Part shown: positions 60,595-64,000 of the stretch, in pieces | Layout of the letters: the number at the start of each line of letters is the position of its first letter | Numbering within the stretch: position 1 is the first letter of the stretch | Assembly (NCBI GenBank): GCA_964553245.1 | Contig: CAZKJM010000001.1 | Location: forward strand, 447,555-511,554 | DNA: 64,000 bases | Origin: an uncultured Gammaproteobacteria bacterium | GTDB taxonomy: Bacteria > Patescibacteriota > Microgenomatia > Levybacterales > UBA12049 | Reading direction: 5' to 3' | Made by a program: the position numbers and the translations under genes | The notes under the pieces: model-generated | Database searches by the model: none | Told to the model about the DNA's origin: nothing | What the model saw: only the letters and a program-made list of their open reading frames with translations

Positions 60595-61499
60595 TGCCAG
60601 AGTTGCCGGAGGTAGAAACGTTGAGGCTTGGTTTAGTCAAATATGTTGTAGGGCATAAGATTTTAGATGTGGAAATAAGAGTTCCCAAGATTTTTCAGGG
60701 TGACAAAAATAAAATTATTGGTGCAAAAATTATTGGAGTAAAAAGAATAGGGAAAGGATTGATAATAGAACTTGATAATGGATTTTGCCTTGCAGTTCAC
60801 CTTAAAATGACCGGACAGTTAATTTACAGGGGGAAGGAAACTAAGGATATTGTTCTTTCAAAAAAAACAGGTGGTGATTTACCTTCAAAGTACAGCCACG
60901 TCATATTTAAGCTCAAAAATCCTCCGCCAGCCGGCGGATCAAAACTTAAAAATGACAAGCCCGATTCTTTTCTATATTTTAACGATTTAAGAAAATTCGG
61001 CTGGGTTAAGGTTTTAAAAAGAGAAGAAGTTGAAGAATTAGCGTTTTTTAAAGAAATGGGTCCAGAGCCATACAAAAAAACCGATTTAAATCGGTTGGTT
61101 TTGACTTTAAAAAGATTTTCCGAGTTAATAAAAAAAAATAACTTAGCAATTAAAGTTTTTTTGATGGATCAAAAAAGAATTGGAGGAATTGGTAATATTT
61201 ATGCAAACGAAGCATTATTCATGGCTGGGTTAGATCCAAGAAGAAAAGCCAATCAACTTACAGACAATGAAATAAGAAAACTTTATTCCTCAGTTTTTAA
61301 CGTAATTAAACAAGGATTAAAGTATGGCGGATCATCGGATGAGAATTTTATTAATGTTTTAGGACAGGAAGGTGCTTATCAACAGCATTTTTTGGTTTAC
61401 AATAGAAAGGGTAAAAAATGTCATCAATGTAAAGGATTTATCAACAAAATAAAGCTTGGAGGTAGAGGTACATATTTCTGTCCAAATTGCCAAAAATAA
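60594..61499 (+). CDS. mutM: Formamidopyrimidine-DNA glycosylase
   Basis: MPELPEVE, HLKMTG, D.RKFG, GIGNIYA.E, zinc finger C..C..RGTYFCPNCQ. Confidence 0.96.
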   Translation: MPELPEVETLRLGLVKYVVGHKILDVEIRVPKIFQGDKNKIIGAKIIGVKRIGKGLIIELDNGFCLAVHLKMTGQLIYRGKETKDIVLSKKTGGDLPSKYSHVIFKLKNPPPAGGSKLKNDKPDSFLYFNDLRKFGWVKVLKREEVEELAFFKEMGPEPYKKTDLNRLVLTLKRFSELIKKNNLAIKVFLMDQKRIGGIGNIYANEALFMAGLDPRRKANQLTDNEIRKLYSSVFNVIKQGLKYGGSSDENFINVLGQEGAYQQHFLVYNRKGKKCHQCKGFINKIKLGGRGTYFCPNCQK

Positions 61500-61503
61500 C
61501 ACA

Positions 61504-61566
61504 TTGACGTTATTCAAACTGTATGCTAAGATCAGGATCTAGCAACCTAAAAATTGCTAGTTTTTT
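61504..61566 (+). promoter_or_regulatory. pyrH promoter followed by a leader hairpin and T-tract
   Basis: TTGACG-17 bp-TAAGAT (TGn extended); CTAGCAA-8 nt-TTGCTAG-T6 abutting the ATG. Confidence 0.55.
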
Positions 61567-62316
61567 ATGCCTAAAAAATGGTTAAAGCGTAAACTTGGAA
61601 GAGAAAAGCGAACACCAAATTCGTATACGGAAAAAATCGTAATTTCCGTAGGTGGATCTTTAATTATTCCCAATGGGGGAATTGATAAGGAATTTCTTTG
61701 CAAATTAAACAAATTTATTAGAAATCAACTGGCAAGAAACAAACACCGCCAGTTTTTTTTAATTACAGGAGGAGGTAAGACAACAAGACATTATCAAAAG
61801 GCAGCAATGGACGTGGTAGGTAAATTAGCAAACGAAGACTTAGACTGGATCGGAATACATGCAACAAGACTAAATGCTCACTTGGTAAGAACAATCTTTA
61901 GAGACATAGCACATCCTTACATAATTAAGGATTACGAAACAATTTTAAAACCCATAGAACCGGTTGTGATTGCCTCTGGATGGAAACCGGGGTGGTCAAC
62001 GGATTACGACGCTGTAATTATTTGTGAAGATTATGGTGCAAAACAAATAATTAATTTAAGTAACATTAATATGGCTTACGATAAAGATCCTAAGAAATAT
62101 AAAGATGCAAAACCGATAAGGAAAACAACTTGGAGAGAGTTCAGAAAAATAGTCGGTAGTAAATGGACGCCCGGAATGAATGCTCCGTTTGATCCAATTG
62201 CCGCTAAAAAGGCGGAAGAATTAAAGCTCAAAGCAGTATTGATGAGCGGGAAAAATTTTGAAAATTTAAACAATTTTTTGGACGGAAACAAATTCGTAGG
62301 AACTGTAATTGAATAA
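61567..62316 (+). CDS. pyrH: UMP kinase (archaeal type)
   Basis: VISVGGSL, GGGK..R.YQ, IGIHATRLNA, PGWSTD, APFDP.A. Confidence 0.92.
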   Translation: MPKKWLKRKLGREKRTPNSYTEKIVISVGGSLIIPNGGIDKEFLCKLNKFIRNQLARNKHRQFFLITGGGKTTRHYQKAAMDVVGKLANEDLDWIGIHATRLNAHLVRTIFRDIAHPYIIKDYETILKPIEPVVIASGWKPGWSTDYDAVIICEDYGAKQIINLSNINMAYDKDPKKYKDAKPIRKTTWREFRKIVGSKWTPGMNAPFDPIAAKKAEELKLKAVLMSGKNFENLNNFLDGNKFVGTVIE

Positions 62317-62360
62317 CCTCAAATTGAAAAATGTTCCCCAAGACTGTAAAATGCTTGTAC

Positions 62361-63443
62361 ATGTTTTTAAAATCCCTCGCGCTAAATAACTTTAGGAATT
62401 ATCAAAAATTGGAGTTGGAATTTAACCCCAAAACAACAGTTGTTATAGGACCAAATACTTATGGAAAAAGTAATTTGGCAGAAGCCATATTTTTGCTTTC
62501 TACTGGAAAAAGTTTTAGAGCAGAAAAAGATTTTGAAATGATTAAATTTGGCGAGGATGTTGCAAGGGTTATTGGAGAAGCTGGAGATATAAAACTAGAA
62601 GCAGTTTTAGCGATTGGGCAAAATAACGGGAAAAACGGATTTTTAAAAAAGCTTTTGGTAAACGGAATTTCAAGAAGAAGAATTGACTTTGCTGCAAATT
62701 TATCTGTAGTTTTATTTTCTCCGGAGGATTTAGATATTATTATAGATTCTCCTAGTTTAAGAAGAAATTTTTTAGATAATGTTTTAGAGCAAACAGACAG
62801 AGAGTATAGGCTTTCTTTAATTAATTATACCAAAGCTTTAAGGCAAAGAAACGCGCTTTTAGAAAGAATAAGGGAAGTACATGCAGACAGCTTAAAAACT
62901 CAAAGCTTTGGAGATGAGAAACAACTTGAATATTGGAATAATATTTTAATTGAAAACGGAGAAAAAATTACTTTAAAAAGGGAAGAATTTTTAGAATTTG
63001 TTAATAGCCAGTCAAAAGATCTTTTTGATTTTATGACAATTTACGATAAAAGTATTATTTCTCATCAAAGATTGTTGCAGTATAAAAACGAGGAAGTTTT
63101 TGCAGGAGTAACTTTAGTTGGTCCGCATAGGGATGATTTTTCTCTTTCCATGTTTGATAAAGAGAGGCAATCTACGCACGACATTAAACATTATGGATCA
63201 AGAGGACAGCAAAGGTTGGCAATTTTACAACTTAAGCTTTTAGAGCTATTGTTTATAGAAAAAAAATTAGGATATAGACCTTTGCTTTTACTTGATGATA
63301 TTTTTTCGGAACTTGACGAAGATCACATAAGATTGGTGCTTGAGGTTATAGATAAACAGCAGACAATTATTACAACAACACATAAAGAGTTTATTCCGAA
63401 AAAAATATTAGCTAAAATGCAAATAGTTGAATTAAAAAAATGA
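62361..63443 (+). CDS. recF: DNA replication/repair protein RecF
   Basis: NFRNY, GPN..GKSN.AEAI, GPHRDD, SRGQQR, LLLDD.FSELD. Confidence 0.95.
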   Translation: MFLKSLALNNFRNYQKLELEFNPKTTVVIGPNTYGKSNLAEAIFLLSTGKSFRAEKDFEMIKFGEDVARVIGEAGDIKLEAVLAIGQNNGKNGFLKKLLVNGISRRRIDFAANLSVVLFSPEDLDIIIDSPSLRRNFLDNVLEQTDREYRLSLINYTKALRQRNALLERIREVHADSLKTQSFGDEKQLEYWNNILIENGEKITLKREEFLEFVNSQSKDLFDFMTIYDKSIISHQRLLQYKNEEVFAGVTLVGPHRDDFSLSMFDKERQSTHDIKHYGSRGQQRLAILQLKLLELLFIEKKLGYRPLLLLDDIFSELDEDHIRLVLEVIDKQQTIITTTHKEFIPKKILAKMQIVELKK

Positions 63444-64000
63444 TTGACTTTAGTATCGAAGAATTAAAAAAACTTTATAAACCTGCTTTCAATTCGCACA
63501 AGGGACAGAACGGAAAATTAATGATAATTGGCGGATCTAAGCTGTTTCACGCAGCATCACTTTGGTCTTTAAAAGTAGCAAGTAGAATTGTTGATATGGT
63601 TTTTTATTCGTCTGTTCCGGAAAACAACCAAATAATAATAGAACAGAAAAAAGAATTTCGAGACGGAATTATTATTCCAAGAGATAAAATTGATAATTAC
63701 ATACAGGAAGCAGATTGTATCTTAATCGGACCTGGTCTTCCTAGAAAAAATGGGGAAGAGGCCGGAGATGACGACACAAAAGAGCTTTCTGAAAGATTGC
63801 TTAAAAAATACAAAGATAAAAAATTGGTTATAGATGGAGGAAGCCTGCAGGTAATAGATCCGGAATTTATTCCTCATGGATCGATATTAACACCACACCA
63901 CAGGGAGTTTAGAGACCTCAAATTAAAAATTAAAAATGAAAAATTAAAAATTACAATTCAAAATTCAAAAATTGAAGAACAAGCCCAAATATTTGCTAGG
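63440..64000 (+). CDS. nnrD: NAD(P)H-hydrate dehydratase (YjeF C-terminal family), partial
   Basis: Not in the ORF track. Manual translation: MIDFSIEELKKLYKP..SHKGQNGKLMIIGGS..IGPGL..VIDGG..LTPHHREF. Confidence 0.88.
   Translation, partial: MIDFSIEELKKLYKPAFNSHKGQNGKLMIIGGSKLFHAASLWSLKVASRIVDMVFYSSVPENNQIIIEQKKEFRDGIIIPRDKIDNYIQEADCILIGPGLPRKNGEEAGDDDTKELSERLLKKYKDKKLVIDGGSLQVIDPEFIPHGSILTPHHREFRDLKLKIKNEKLKITIQNSKIEEQAQIFAR

Overview
AT-rich, gene-dense chromosomal segment of a Patescibacteria (CPR) genome. Gene content suggests Microgenomates (inference). It uses genetic code 11, with TGA as stop in many ATGA overlaps. The left end (1-14.2 kb) holds a relaxase-free type IV secretion-like locus: VirB4, PrgI/VirB3-like, four VirB2-like pilins, VirB6-like and a membrane protein with a possible lytic transglycosylase motif, interrupted by an ATPase-wHTH regulator and an ~875-aa orphan. 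A VirD4-like coupling ATPase lies about 30 kb away. The rest is housekeeping: smpB/tmRNA, PBPs, pgk/gap, nrdR-nrdJ-cobalamin riboswitch-adenosyltransferase, murI/murD, tgt, trpS, ftsH, mutM, pyrH, recF, nnrD, and 8 tRNAs including rare tRNA-Ile(UAU) and tRNA-Arg(GCG). The most striking unexplained signal is a set of structure-conserved mini-palindromes, often with a CAAG tail. They sit at tRNA/tmRNA 3' ends directly upstream of two stand-alone GIY-YIG nuclease genes and also occur as in-frame insertions in murD, trpS and mutM, alongside many 7-nt tandem-repeat tracts. All calls were made by eye, with no database searches.
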